From positions 1 to 64,000 of IMG/VR virus record IMGVR_UViG_2744054895_000001: a stretch of DNA of 64,000 bases, one strand, 5' to 3'. Positions 1-9,054 of the stretch are shown here, in pieces. Every line of letters starts with the position of its first letter. Position 1 is the first letter of the stretch. Under the pieces are notes generated by a model, which had not been told where the DNA came from, ran no database searches, and worked only from the letters and a program-made list of their open reading frames with translations. The translations under genes and the position numbers were made by a program. The stretch comes from a virus. Lineage: Duplodnaviria; Caudoviricetes.

Positions 1-462
1 ATGGCTCGCATCGCCTACAGCCACACCGACGGGGCCGGTTTCACCACGGGCGGCCTGTTCGAGACGGACACCGCCGAGAAGTTCGGGGGGCTGGACGTGG
101 AAGACGAGTACTCGCCGTTCCTGTCGGAGGAGCTGTACTGCACAGATCTGGGGTACTGGATTCTCAACCGCGTTCGTGCGGGCAACCCGGACACCAGCAC
201 ATACGAGAAGATCAGCGACGAACTGGCCCGCCAATGGCTACTCGACAACGAGTACCCGGAGGAGGCCAAGCGGCGCTTCGACCGCAGCAAAGGCGGACGG
301 CCGTCGAAGGGAGACAAGGTCGAGGCGCGCGTCCCCGCGAAGACCTTGAGCCGCATCGACGACATGGCCGCAGCGGCTGGGGTCGATCGGCCGGAGATGA
401 TCCGGCGGCTGCTGGTGGTGGCCGTGGGGATGGAGCGGGCCCTCGCCGCGGCGCTGGACTAG
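1..462 (+). CDS. Protein with C-terminal ribbon-helix-helix (CopG-like) DNA-binding domain
   Basis: C-terminal GGRPSKG..VEARVPAKTLSRIDDMAAAAGVDRPEMIRRLL has an RHH pattern; followed by a hairpin. Confidence 0.6.
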   Translation: MARIAYSHTDGAGFTTGGLFETDTAEKFGGLDVEDEYSPFLSEELYCTDLGYWILNRVRAGNPDTSTYEKISDELARQWLLDNEYPEEAKRRFDRSKGGRPSKGDKVEARVPAKTLSRIDDMAAAAGVDRPEMIRRLLVVAVGMERALAAALD

Positions 463-484
463 CAGCGATGAATGGTGCATCAAG

Positions 485-513
485 AACGCCCCGACCGGGA
501 TGGTCGGGGCGTT
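485..513. terminator. Probable bidirectional intrinsic terminator
   Basis: Perfect 12-bp inverted repeat aacgccccgacc/ggtcggggcgtt between convergent genes. Confidence 0.7.
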
Positions 514-526
514 TCGCGTGGGCGGG

Positions 527-676
527 TCAGACGATGACGACGGTGCCGTCTCCCTCACAGACGACGCAGGCGTCCATCTCGGGCCAGCGCCCCTTGCACT
601 GCGGACAGGGGCGCTCGGTCGTACGACCCTCGTTTCTGGTGTCGTGCATGTCGGTCCAGTTACTCCTGTGGTTCAT
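527..676 (-). CDS. Small zinc-finger protein (DnaJ-like CxxCxG motifs), 49 aa
   Basis: Hand translation MNHRS...CPQCKGRWPEMDACVVCEGDGTVVIV; ATGA overlap with upstream gene. Confidence 0.6.
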   Translation of the reverse strand: MNHRSNWTDMHDTRNEGRTTERPCPQCKGRWPEMDACVVCEGDGTVVIV

Positions 677-2145
677 GCGGCCTTGTCCTCGATCACCTCG
701 GCGTCTACGAATCCCGTCTCGATGGCGGCGTGCTCGACGGTGATGGGGTCGGGAAGGGAACGGGCTTGCTCGCCTTCGTCGCGACCGAACAGCCGGCTGA
801 TGAGGCCGGTCTCGGCGGCGCCCTTCTGCGTGGCGGTGATCTTCACGGAGAAGGAGTTCTCCTCGGAGTCCTCGACCGTTTTGGCCATCTTCATGTAGCG
901 GTCGAGCTCACCAGAGAGGACGGGATTGGTGATCCCGCCTTCCAGTTCTTCGGCGAACCGCAGGCTGAACACGCGACCTGCCTGCATTTCCAAGAGCGCT
1001 GCGTTGACGTCGGCACGCTGCTCCTTGGTGCGGATCTCGACGGGGAGGCTGAAGGCGCAGGCTGATCCGGACTCGGCTGCGGGGCAACTGCTGGAGAGGT
1101 AGCAGCGGTCGCAGTTGCGGACGCCGGGGTCGACGGTCTTGAGGATGGGCCGACTGGCGGTTCCGTCTTCGGCTGTCTCCTGGACCACTGCGAGGCCGGG
1201 GAAGGGCTGTCGCTCGCGCTGCTTCACGGTGACTGGAGTTACTCCTGCGTGCCGCACCTCTTGGGGCAGTCGATCAACTGCTTCGGGGGGCGGATCCGCG
1301 TTTTCCTCTGTCGGTGGTTTTTCGTGGGCAGTTACTCCTCTGCCGTTGATGTGCTTGGTGAACTGCTGCCAGGACCAGAGGGACAGCCGCAGGACCTCGG
1401 TGGGGTCGTCGGCGAGGACGGCGTCGGCATCGAAGCCGGCGTCGGTAATGGTGTGTTTGTGCCGGGTGCGGGCCATGTCCTTGTAGCGGCGGGGGTATCG
1501 GTGCAGCTCCTTTCCCGCCCAGACGATGGTGTCGCCGAACTGGCTCGGGGACAGCCAGGAGGTGGATGCGGCGCCGTACCAGTGGCCGTGTTCCAGGGCC
1601 GCCGTCTTGGTCATGCCGAGGCCGAAGAGCTTGGTGTTGGTGGTCTTGGACAGGTGGGGCAGCAGGTATGCGATATCGAGCTGGTCGAGACCTGACTGGG
1701 TGATGCCGACGTGGGGCCAGCCCTGGCAGAGTTGTTCCAGACCTTCGCGGCCGGTCTCCGGGCGCCACACGACGATGGCCTTGTCCTGAGGCAGGCGCTG
1801 GCGCTGCTCGCTGATCCAGGCGTCGCCGAGTTGATGGGCGTCGAACTCGACGAAGTAGGCCAGCCGTTCGGCGTTGGGAGTGACGAAGGCTTCGTAGTAG
1901 TGCTCGGCGATGTCGCGCAACTCGGCATCGGTCAGATCGCTGTTCGGCTTGCTGTTGATGGAGTGGCAGCCGGAGTCGACGAGGATCTCTGCCGTGTCCC
2001 CGAACTTCTCGGCCAGTTCGTAGGGCTTGGTGAACTTGGTGCGCCTGCGCAGTCCCCAGTAAGAGAGGGCGACGGTGATGTAGCCCTCCCGATCGAGCAG
2101 GCTGCGGTAGGACGGGATCTCGGTCCCGGCCAGGTAGAGCTTCAA
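673..2145 (-). CDS. TGT/DpdA-like TIM-barrel protein with C-terminal Cys cluster and helical domain
   Basis: TTG start with AGGAGA RBS; MKLYLAG..LSYW..ILVDSGCHS..EFD..LFGLG..ASTSWL resembles phage TGT-like proteins; CDRCYLSSSCP..C cluster. Confidence 0.5.
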   Translation of the reverse strand: MKLYLAGTEIPSYRSLLDREGYITVALSYWGLRRRTKFTKPYELAEKFGDTAEILVDSGCHSINSKPNSDLTDAELRDIAEHYYEAFVTPNAERLAYFVEFDAHQLGDAWISEQRQRLPQDKAIVVWRPETGREGLEQLCQGWPHVGITQSGLDQLDIAYLLPHLSKTTNTKLFGLGMTKTAALEHGHWYGAASTSWLSPSQFGDTIVWAGKELHRYPRRYKDMARTRHKHTITDAGFDADAVLADDPTEVLRLSLWSWQQFTKHINGRGVTAHEKPPTEENADPPPEAVDRLPQEVRHAGVTPVTVKQRERQPFPGLAVVQETAEDGTASRPILKTVDPGVRNCDRCYLSSSCPAAESGSACAFSLPVEIRTKEQRADVNAALLEMQAGRVFSLRFAEELEGGITNPVLSGELDRYMKMAKTVEDSEENSFSVKITATQKGAAETGLISRLFGRDEGEQARSLPDPITVEHAAIETGFVDAEVIEDKAA

Positions 2146-2156
2146 AGGGGTGTCTC

Positions 2157-2654
2157 CTACAGGGGGCCGGTCGTACGCCGGGCGTCCTGGGCGTAGTGCC
2201 GGTCCTGTTCCTCGATCTCGGTGACGAGGTCGTCCCAGGCCCTGGGCTGGCCGCGGTAGTCGGGCTTCCATTGCGGACGGCTGTAGCGGGGGTGGCAGAA
2301 CAAGACGGTGCTGTATCCAGCGGCGAGTAGATCGCCGGCGACAGTGGGGTCAGCGACGACCACCAGGTCGACGTGCAGGTCAGGGCGCAGCGACTTCAGT
2401 CCGCCGATGAGGGCGTGGCGGTCGCTGGCGTAGGGCTTGATCAGGCGGATGTGCTTGGTGAAGCCGCTTCGCCTGAGCCAGTTCTCCGCGAGGAGCTTGG
2501 AGGAGTTGAAGGTGTCGGAGTCGTCGACCAGGTGCACGACGTGGGTCTCGGCGAGTCCGTGGTAGAGGAGTTGGCCAGCGGGGACGACCGCGTCGCTGTC
2601 GGGGCGTTTGAGGACGCCGTCGATGTTGATGACGACGTTCACCGGGACCGCCAT
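2157..2654 (-). CDS. HAD-fold-like protein with degenerate motif I
   Basis: N-terminal VVINIDGVL resembles DxDGVL, but the first Asp is Asn. Confidence 0.45.
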   Translation of the reverse strand: MAVPVNVVINIDGVLKRPDSDAVVPAGQLLYHGLAETHVVHLVDDSDTFNSSKLLAENWLRRSGFTKHIRLIKPYASDRHALIGGLKSLRPDLHVDLVVVADPTVAGDLLAAGYSTVLFCHPRYSRPQWKPDYRGQPRAWDDLVTEIEEQDRHYAQDARRTTGPL

Positions 2655-3622
2655 AGGGCTGCGTTGCGGAGAGCGAATTGTGCGTCGGTGATGGGCTGGC
2701 CCCAGGTGTCGGTCTCTACCTGGTTGAGGGTGTCGACCTGGACGTCCTTCATGGAGCGGAGCGTCTCGACGGCCCCGGACTCCTTGGCAGCCTGCCAGCG
2801 GTAGTTGGCGAAGTCGCCGTAACCGCTGCCGCCGGGGCTGAAGGCTGCGCGTCGGCCGAGATGGATGTCGTCGAAGAGCTGAGCGGCCTGGGCGACGATG
2901 GTCTTGAGCTGGGATCCGAGGGTGACCCAGTGTCCTCCGCTCTGCGGTGAGCTGTGCATCTCCTGGGTGAGGGCGTTGTAGGCGGTGACGAGTCGGTGGG
3001 CCTCGGCGGTGTCGCGGGCGGCGGCATCCTTGAAGTCCTGCGGGTACAGGTCTCGGGGGTTTGCCGGCAGCTCGGGCGGGCGGACAGTCCACTCGTTCTT
3101 GGTCAGGGAGTAGGCCGCGTACGGATGGATATTGCGGATGTCGCGGCTGCTGGGGTTGACGTAGTAGGTGACCTCATACACTCGGTCCCCGATTCGCGTG
3201 GTGGCGGTGTCGGGCCAGAGTTCTGCCTTGAGTTCCTCGTCGAAAAGGTCGGCGATTTCCTGGCTGGTCATTCCTGCGTAGTCAGGGTTGTACCAGCCGA
3301 AGGAAGAGAAGTCGACACCGACGAGTACGTCGAGATCCCCGTTGCCTCGGTCGGCGGCCCACTGGTAGCTGATACCGGAGCCGGCGAGCCACACTTCACT
3401 CCACTGACCTGGGGCGTTGTAGCGGGTGTCCCAGAACTTGTAGAGGGTTCGGAGGAGCCAGTCGCGGACGTCGGGAATGATGCGGTCGTCGGTGAAAAGG
3501 TTCGGGTCAAGGTGGTCAGCCGGGCTGGAGAAATAGCCGGAGGCGCCGACGGCAGCCTCCCTGATGGGCTGAGCGTTGTTCCCGAGACGACGATAGAAAG
3601 AGTTCGTCTCCATATCCGGCAC
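2639..3622 (-). CDS. Pol-beta superfamily nucleotidyltransferase
   Basis: WLAGSGISYQW...GDLDVLV matches the hG[GS]x9-13DhDh signature. Confidence 0.65.
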   Translation of the reverse strand: MPDMETNSFYRRLGNNAQPIREAAVGASGYFSSPADHLDPNLFTDDRIIPDVRDWLLRTLYKFWDTRYNAPGQWSEVWLAGSGISYQWAADRGNGDLDVLVGVDFSSFGWYNPDYAGMTSQEIADLFDEELKAELWPDTATTRIGDRVYEVTYYVNPSSRDIRNIHPYAAYSLTKNEWTVRPPELPANPRDLYPQDFKDAAARDTAEAHRLVTAYNALTQEMHSSPQSGGHWVTLGSQLKTIVAQAAQLFDDIHLGRRAAFSPGGSGYGDFANYRWQAAKESGAVETLRSMKDVQVDTLNQVETDTWGQPITDAQFALRNAALWRSR

Positions 3623-3787
3623 TCTACCGGCGATATACAGAATTCAAAGGGGCTGGATTCTTCGCCCAGGAAAAGGCGAAGGCCCCCCTGTTTGTGGAGA
3701 TTGGTGGTCTCCGGAGGGCCTTCCCTTGAGAGGAGAGAGCATCACCTGGAAGGGTCAGCTCTGCTCACCTGCCAGGCTACATCATGA

Positions 3788-4165
3788 TCACAGCTTCAGG
3801 CTGCTCACGAGGGCCTGGGTCCGCTGCTGCTCGACCATGGCCGCGGTCATCTGCATCATCTGCTGGCCGGTGATCGAGGCGGTCTTGATCGCGATGGCGT
3901 CGTCGACCAAGACGTGGCCGGCGCGCTGGAAGTCGTCCAGGTTGGCTGGCCTGCGGGTGCGGAGCTTGGTGTTCAGGTTGGCCTCGGCGAGCACCTGGCC
4001 GTCTGGCGTGACGACGACGAGGAATGCGGTCTCGGCGAGCGTGCCTGGCTCCTCGGTGATGCCGGCCTCCTCCCCCATCTTCTTGAGCTGCTCGCGCTGG
4101 TCGTCGGTCAGCTCCTCGACGGTCTCGGCGGCGGTGTCGGCGAGGGTGGACAGATCGATGGTCAC
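3788..4165 (-). CDS. Hypothetical protein
   Basis: 125-aa ORF with AGGAG RBS, in the same orientation as its neighbours. Confidence 0.65.
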   Translation of the reverse strand: MTIDLSTLADTAAETVEELTDDQREQLKKMGEEAGITEEPGTLAETAFLVVVTPDGQVLAEANLNTKLRTRRPANLDDFQRAGHVLVDDAIAIKTASITGQQMMQMTAAMVEQQRTQALVSSLKL

Positions 4166-4187
4166 TGTGGTGCTCCTGGTAGTGGGG

Positions 4188-4679
4188 TTATGCGGTCTTG
4201 TCGTAGGCGGCCCGGCGCACGGCGTTGGCGACCGGGCAGAAGTGGCAGAGGTAGACGTCCTTGGAGGAGCGGTACCTGGGCAGGCCCGCGGCCTTGCGCT
4301 CGGCGGCGGTGTCGGGGGTGAGCCGCTTCTTGTCAGTGCACCAGTCGGAGCAGGTGATGGACCGGTTGTGCGCCTGCCAGCACGCGAGGGCGTCCTCTTG
4401 GAAGGTGTTCTTCGCGGCGTAGAAGGCCGGGGCGAGGCCGGTGTGCCCGGTCTGCTCCCGAATACGTTTGATGATCTCCTCGCGGGTGGAGGTGCTGTCC
4501 CAGTGGCGCTTCTCGACCTTCATCAGCGGATGCGCGATGTGGGGGGTACCGTCCGGGTTGCGGTGCCGCTTGACGAGGGTGTCGAGGAGGAAGTCCTGAC
4601 GGGGGTCGCCCTCGTAATCGGGCAGCTCCTCCATTGACCCGCAGTCCTTGCAGAGCAGCAGGCGGATGTAGTCGGCCAT
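4188..4679 (-). CDS. Hypothetical zinc-binding protein
   Basis: MADYIRLLLCKDCG...CSDWC...LCHFCPV; AAGGAA RBS. Confidence 0.65.
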   Translation of the reverse strand: MADYIRLLLCKDCGSMEELPDYEGDPRQDFLLDTLVKRHRNPDGTPHIAHPLMKVEKRHWDSTSTREEIIKRIREQTGHTGLAPAFYAAKNTFQEDALACWQAHNRSITCSDWCTDKKRLTPDTAAERKAAGLPRYRSSKDVYLCHFCPVANAVRRAAYDKTA

Positions 4680-4750
4680 GTGGTGTTCCTTGCGCAGTAC
4701 CAGTGGTGGGATTGCGAATGCCCTGAGATTGCGTTTCTCGGGGCTCGCTG

Positions 4751-5539
4751 TCAGCCGTAGGCGAGGGTGAACAGAAGTGCCCAGCCATTCGGGCCAATTG
4801 CCGGGTCGTAGGAGACCCCGGCGTCGTTCAGGCCGTGCTTCTTGTTGAATCCGGCGACGGCCTTCTGGGTTCGCGGCCCGTAGTTGTCGGACAGTTCGAC
4901 GTCGTTGGCGAGCCAGCCGGTGGCCTTGAGCGCCTTCTGGAGGGGCTTGGCCGAGGGCTTGGCGTGGTTGGGGGACAGGCCCTTGGGGAATGCCGGCGGT
5001 ACGTACTTCGACGGAGCCGGCTTGGGGTTCGTTTCCGGAGTTGAGCCGAGCAGCTTCTTCGCCGCAGCGATGATGTCCTTGCGCTGCGCCTTGCGCAGGC
5101 TGCCGGGGCAGCCGGTGTGGCCTCCCCATGCGCTACCACCGGCACCGTGGTAGGTGAGGCCCTGCGCCGTGGTGGAGTCGACGATCGCCAGCGGCCAGCC
5201 GAACTCCTTGTGGCCCCAGGCGTAGATCTTCGCGACTCCCTTGACCTGGGCGTCGGTCAGCTTCTCTCCGGGATAGCCCTCGGTTTCGACGCTGGCGTAG
5301 AACGGGTTGCCGCCGCCCTGGGCCCAGGCGTAGTCCACGCCCGTGTTGACGTACTGCTCGACCTCGCCGGTCTTGCTGACCCAGAAGTCGCTGGACGCCT
5401 GGGAGATGGGGTTGTTGAACCAACCGAAGGGGCTGTTGTTTCCGGCCTGGACGTGGAGCACCAGGCCGCGGTGCGCACGGCACCCGTTCTTGCGGACGTT
5501 GACGACGGGTCGGTACTTCGCACCCGGCATACGTGCCAT
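4751..5539 (-). CDS. N-acetylmuramoyl-L-alanine amidase (endolysin) with C-terminal peptidoglycan-binding domain
   Basis: LVLHV, SDFWV, SVETEG, GHTGCPG amidase_2 motifs; LQKAL..DNYGPRTQKAVAGF..DPAIGP PG-binding domain. Confidence 0.8.
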   Translation of the reverse strand: MARMPGAKYRPVVNVRKNGCRAHRGLVLHVQAGNNSPFGWFNNPISQASSDFWVSKTGEVEQYVNTGVDYAWAQGGGNPFYASVETEGYPGEKLTDAQVKGVAKIYAWGHKEFGWPLAIVDSTTAQGLTYHGAGGSAWGGHTGCPGSLRKAQRKDIIAAAKKLLGSTPETNPKPAPSKYVPPAFPKGLSPNHAKPSAKPLQKALKATGWLANDVELSDNYGPRTQKAVAGFNKKHGLNDAGVSYDPAIGPNGWALLFTLAYG

Positions 5540-5620
5540 TTCCTGCTCCTGAAGCGTCAGTGCTTCTGGTGTTGGCACGGGTGATTGGTCCAAGTGGTGA
5601 TGCGGGAGTGAGTGTCGTGG

Positions 5621-5809
5621 TCAGTAGAGCTGTGCAGTGCCTCGGCGGCCTGGCACGGGCGAGTAGCCGTGCAGGGCGTTCCAGGTGCGGTCCATGTCGC
5701 GGTCGTCGAGGGTGACGCCGCCCCAGTTGGGGTGAGGTCGGCGCGTGCGGCCGTCGCCGAGGCCGGAGTCGAGGTCGGTGTTGAGGCTGCGCTGGGTGGG
5801 CAGGCCCAT
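5621..5809 (-). CDS. Hypothetical protein
   Basis: 62-aa ORF translationally coupled to the upstream ORF. Confidence 0.5.
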   Translation of the reverse strand: MGLPTQRSLNTDLDSGLGDGRTRRPHPNWGGVTLDDRDMDRTWNALHGYSPVPGRRGTAQLY

Positions 5810-6003
5810 CAGATCAGTGCCTTTCCGCCGAGCTGCATGGACTTGCCACCGAGCTTCGAGCTGCGGTCGTTGAAGAGTGACGAGAAGCGGTCCGCGGGCG
5901 AGGGGCCGGCGAGGTTGCCGGACTCCCCCACCGTGAACTTGACGTTGTCGCCGCGTCCGGCGCGTCGCCGGTCGAACATGCTCATGGGCTGCTTGTCAGC
6001 CAC
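5809..6003 (-). CDS. Hypothetical protein
   Basis: 64-aa ORF in a tightly packed cluster. Confidence 0.5.
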   Translation of the reverse strand: MADKQPMSMFDRRRAGRGDNVKFTVGESGNLAGPSPADRFSSLFNDRSSKLGGKSMQLGGKALI

Positions 6004-6196
6004 GCGCTTCTCCCTTGCTCAGGCCGAGCACGTCGTAGATGGTCGGCTGCTGCGTGTGGGTCTTCGGGGCCGGCCTGGGCGGGGTCCAGCAGGCGGGTGT
6101 CTGTCTGGCAAGGTAGGCGAGTACATCGCTGACCTGGCGTTCGGGAAGACTGGCCCAGGGCTTGGTGCGGTCGTAGACGCCGTCTTGGTTTTGCAT
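5996..6196 (-). CDS. Hypothetical protein
   Basis: 66-aa ORF with GGAGG RBS. Confidence 0.55.
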   Translation of the reverse strand: MQNQDGVYDRTKPWASLPERQVSDVLAYLARQTPACWTPPRPAPKTHTQQPTIYDVLGLSKGEARG

Positions 6197-6197
6197 G

Positions 6198-6671
6198 TCA
6201 CCTCCACTGGGGGCGAAGGTTGCGCAGGGCGGCGAGGCGGTCGGGGTCGGTCTTCTGCATGGCCCCGGTTCCGACGAGGCGGGTGTCAGCCGGCTGCTCG
6301 CCGTGCTGCGTCCACTTCTTGCCTCGGGCTTGGTACTCCAGGGCGGTCATCGGGTTGAAGTCGGCCGGCCACAGGTAGTCGCTCGAATCGGCGCGCTCGC
6401 CCTTGTGGACGCCGCGGGTGTAGTTCTTCTGCGCGCTGCGCATCGGCCGGCTGTTCAGGGACTGGTCGCCGAGGCGGTCACTGCGGCGGGTGTTGAGGGT
6501 GCCGAGGTAGCCGTCGGGGTATTCGGCCGTCGGTGTCCGGCCGGTGGCCATCATTCGCTTGGCGTCGAGGATGCTGCGGGCGCCAACCAGGTCGGTGCGT
6601 CCGCCTCCGCCGTAGGTGGGCGTGCCCGGCTGGGGGACGCCCATGGGCGCCACGTACTGTACGTTGCTCAC
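6198..6671 (-). CDS. Hypothetical protein
   Basis: 157-aa ORF with phage-like codon usage. Confidence 0.65.
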   Translation of the reverse strand: MSNVQYVAPMGVPQPGTPTYGGGGRTDLVGARSILDAKRMMATGRTPTAEYPDGYLGTLNTRRSDRLGDQSLNSRPMRSAQKNYTRGVHKGERADSSDYLWPADFNPMTALEYQARGKKWTQHGEQPADTRLVGTGAMQKTDPDRLAALRNLRPQWR

Positions 6672-6689
6672 TTCGCGTCCCCCGCAGGG

Positions 6690-6932
6690 TTAGTTGAAGA
6701 CGGGGTTGGTCGGGGTGGCAGCTCCGGGGGCGGCCGGGGCCGCCTCGCCACGGGACTCGCTGTGACCGCCTGCGAAGTGGGAGGCGAAGCCAGTGGTGAA
6801 AGTGCGGGCGGCGCCCCCGGCCGTAGCTCCGCCGGCAGCAGTGCCTCCAGCGGTACCTGCGGCAGCGGCACCTTCAGCGGCAGCCCCGCCCGCGACGGCT
6901 TCGACCAGTGGGGCGGCGAACGCGAACGCCAT
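6690..6932 (-). CDS. Ala/Gly-rich small hypothetical protein
   Basis: 80-aa ORF starting 3 nt after the upstream stop. Confidence 0.5.
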   Translation of the reverse strand: MAFAFAAPLVEAVAGGAAAEGAAAAGTAGGTAAGGATAGGAARTFTTGFASHFAGGHSESRGEAAPAAPGAATPTNPVFN

Positions 6933-6935
6933 GGC

Positions 6936-7229
6936 TCACCGCCCGTCCGTGGTGAACTTCGAAGGCAGCCGCTTGACGTTGCGGCCGGTGGCGTTTGACT
7001 CAGCGGCGTTCGTGAAGGTGCGGTACACCTTCACGCCCTGGCCGCCGAGCGCGTCGCGGTTCAGGACGCCGCTGCGGTGGTTGGCGGTGTCCGGTTCGCC
7101 GGAGCCGCCCTTGGAGTTGCCGGACTTGCTCACGAGCGTGCCGGCCTCGGGCCTGCGGACGCGGAAAGTGGTCGCGGCAGACGTTCCCATGGTCGGGAAC
7201 TCTCCGCTGGAGAGGACATTCTCAGACAC
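6936..7229 (-). CDS. Hypothetical protein
   Basis: 97-aa ORF with GAGGAG RBS. Confidence 0.6.
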   Translation of the reverse strand: MSENVLSSGEFPTMGTSAATTFRVRRPEAGTLVSKSGNSKGGSGEPDTANHRSGVLNRDALGGQGVKVYRTFTNAAESNATGRNVKRLPSKFTTDGR

Positions 7230-7333
7230 TGTGCTCCTCGCGAGATGCCGTGTGGTGCAGTCCGGGCAGAGTGCGAGTGAGCTACGAGTGGTGGAACTGC
7301 CTCACCAGTTTATGGGCGATTCCGTGCCGAGTG

Positions 7334-7630
7334 TTATGCGGCCTCGTCGAAAATGACGAAGGAGAGGCCGGACACTTCTCCCTCGGGAACGGTGGCGGTG
7401 AAGAATGCCGGGCGCATGGCGAGGCGGTGCCCTCGGGAGCCGGCGTAGCCCTGAGCGATCGGCACCGACTTGACGGCCTGGTTGATGGCGCCGGCACCGA
7501 TGGCACGCAGGGTCACGTGCTTGCGGGCGTAGATGGCGTGAGCGACTGCGGCACCTAGGTCGGTGGCACTGGTTGAGCTCTTGACGAAAAACACGGCGTC
7601 GTCGGCGCCGGTCTCCTTCTTGTTGTCCAT
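7334..7630 (-). CDS. spoVS: SpoVS family (Alba-like) nucleic-acid-binding protein
   Basis: LRAIGAGAINQAVKSVPIAQGY...PAF is the SpoVS signature. Confidence 0.85.
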   Translation of the reverse strand: MDNKKETGADDAVFFVKSSTSATDLGAAVAHAIYARKHVTLRAIGAGAINQAVKSVPIAQGYAGSRGHRLAMRPAFFTATVPEGEVSGLSFVIFDEAA

Positions 7631-7732
7631 ATTCGGTTCTCCTCGAATTGATCTCCTTTCGCAAGGTTAAGGGGGTATATCCGTATTGTGTTAATGCGCG
7701 AGAAAGCCCCGCCGGAATGACGGGGTCTTCTC

Positions 7733-8293
7733 TTAGACGAGATGGGTCTCGCCTTTGAACCGTTTGAGGTCCTTCAGGGTTTCCATTTCCGTCTTGGTCC
7801 CGGTCCTGCTGAACCATGTGTCGGCGGCTCTGGCGAGGCTGTAAGCGTCGGCCAGGTTGTCGTCGGAGTAGGTGACGCCCCACTTCTTGTAGACCGCGAG
7901 CAGCATCTCGGCCTTGGCCGCAGTGCCTTTGCCGGTGGTGTACTTCTTGAGCTTAGTCGGGGCGACGATGAGCGGGTAGCAGGCAGGATTGTTCAGGACG
8001 TCCAGGAGTGCGAGCTTCACCGCTCCCCCGAGTTCGCCTGCCAACTCTCGCCCGAACTTGGCGCCAGGCGCGTAGCCCTCCATGGCGACGACGTCGATGC
8101 GGCCGAGGGTGTTCTCAACGTCGCGCACGTTGAGGCCGACGCGGACCTGGACCGCGTCGAGGCGGTCAGACTGGCTGACGTACCGGTCGGCGGGGAAGGC
8201 GTTGAGGCTGTCCTTCCATACAGTCGTCTCGCTGTCGTACGCCACCATCGCCAGGCCGGAATAGGACTGGTCGATGCCGAGGCAGACGGTCAC
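7733..8293 (-). CDS. RuvC-like Holliday junction resolvase
   Basis: LGIDQS, VAMEGY, PTKLKKYTTGKG.A.K, DNLADAY; GTG start with GGAGG RBS. Confidence 0.8.
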   Translation of the reverse strand: MTVCLGIDQSYSGLAMVAYDSETTVWKDSLNAFPADRYVSQSDRLDAVQVRVGLNVRDVENTLGRIDVVAMEGYAPGAKFGRELAGELGGAVKLALLDVLNNPACYPLIVAPTKLKKYTTGKGTAAKAEMLLAVYKKWGVTYSDDNLADAYSLARAADTWFSRTGTKTEMETLKDLKRFKGETHLV

Positions 8294-8345
8294 GCTGCTG
8301 CCTCCCATACCGTGTGGGCTACGTGGTCGTTGCCGTTTCCTTCGC

Positions 8346-8837
8346 TCATGCAGCAAGGTCTCCGGGGGCGGTCGGCGTCGGGATGCGCTGGGAGTTGAAC
8401 TCGGTGTGCGCCCAGCATTTTGGGCAGACAGCGAGGACCACGTGGTCACTGGACGGTCGGACGACGAACGGGTGCGCGCCACGCTTGTGGGTGACGGTGA
8501 CCGGGACCCATCGGTGCTTGGTGAGGTCGGTGCAGGCACTCGGCAGCCGGCTGACGTTGCGGTAGTGGGCGACGCTCATGGCCTGGAGGTCGGTGGGGTC
8601 GCACAGGCGGTACTTCTCGTCGTAGAAGCGGGCCAGGCCGATGCGGGTGGTGGTGCCGCGACGGTCGACGGCGGCGCCGAAGCCGTAGGTGTCGATCTTC
8701 GACTGGACGTCGTAGGTGTTGTGCAGGACGGTGCAGAACGCGAAGTTGGCCTTGACGTCGTCGATGCGTATCTTGCGGCCGGCGCGTCGGTGGTCGTTGT
8801 CGGCCCAGATCTGGCCGGGTTCAACTCGCTGGGTCAT
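8346..8837 (-). CDS. Hypothetical protein
   Basis: MTQRVEPGQIWADND...; N-terminus resembles that of 13968..14162. Confidence 0.55.
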   Translation of the reverse strand: MTQRVEPGQIWADNDHRRAGRKIRIDDVKANFAFCTVLHNTYDVQSKIDTYGFGAAVDRRGTTTRIGLARFYDEKYRLCDPTDLQAMSVAHYRNVSRLPSACTDLTKHRWVPVTVTHKRGAHPFVVRPSSDHVVLAVCPKCWAHTEFNSQRIPTPTAPGDLAA

Positions 8838-9054
8838 GTGCGGTCTTTCTGAGTCGCTGGACCTCGTCCAGCAGGGCACGGATGTCGATGGGCGCCTGGG
8901 CGGTGAGCCAGTAGGCGCCGTGGACGATGGCGATGCGCCGGTTGTCCTCGGTGTAGACGTCGGCCATAGATCCCTCGTCCAGGCGGAACTCCCACGGGCC
9001 CGGCGGAGCCTTGGCCCACCTCTCCTCAATCGCCTCCAGGTCGGGGCCAGGAAC
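8821..9054 (-). pseudogene. Reading frame lacking a 5' start codon, resembling phage Ead/Ea22-like proteins
   Basis: VPGPDLEAIEERWAKAPPGPWE...IDIRALLDEVQRLR, in frame directly after the TAG of the lipoprotein gene; the only ATG is internal (8967). Confidence 0.4.
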
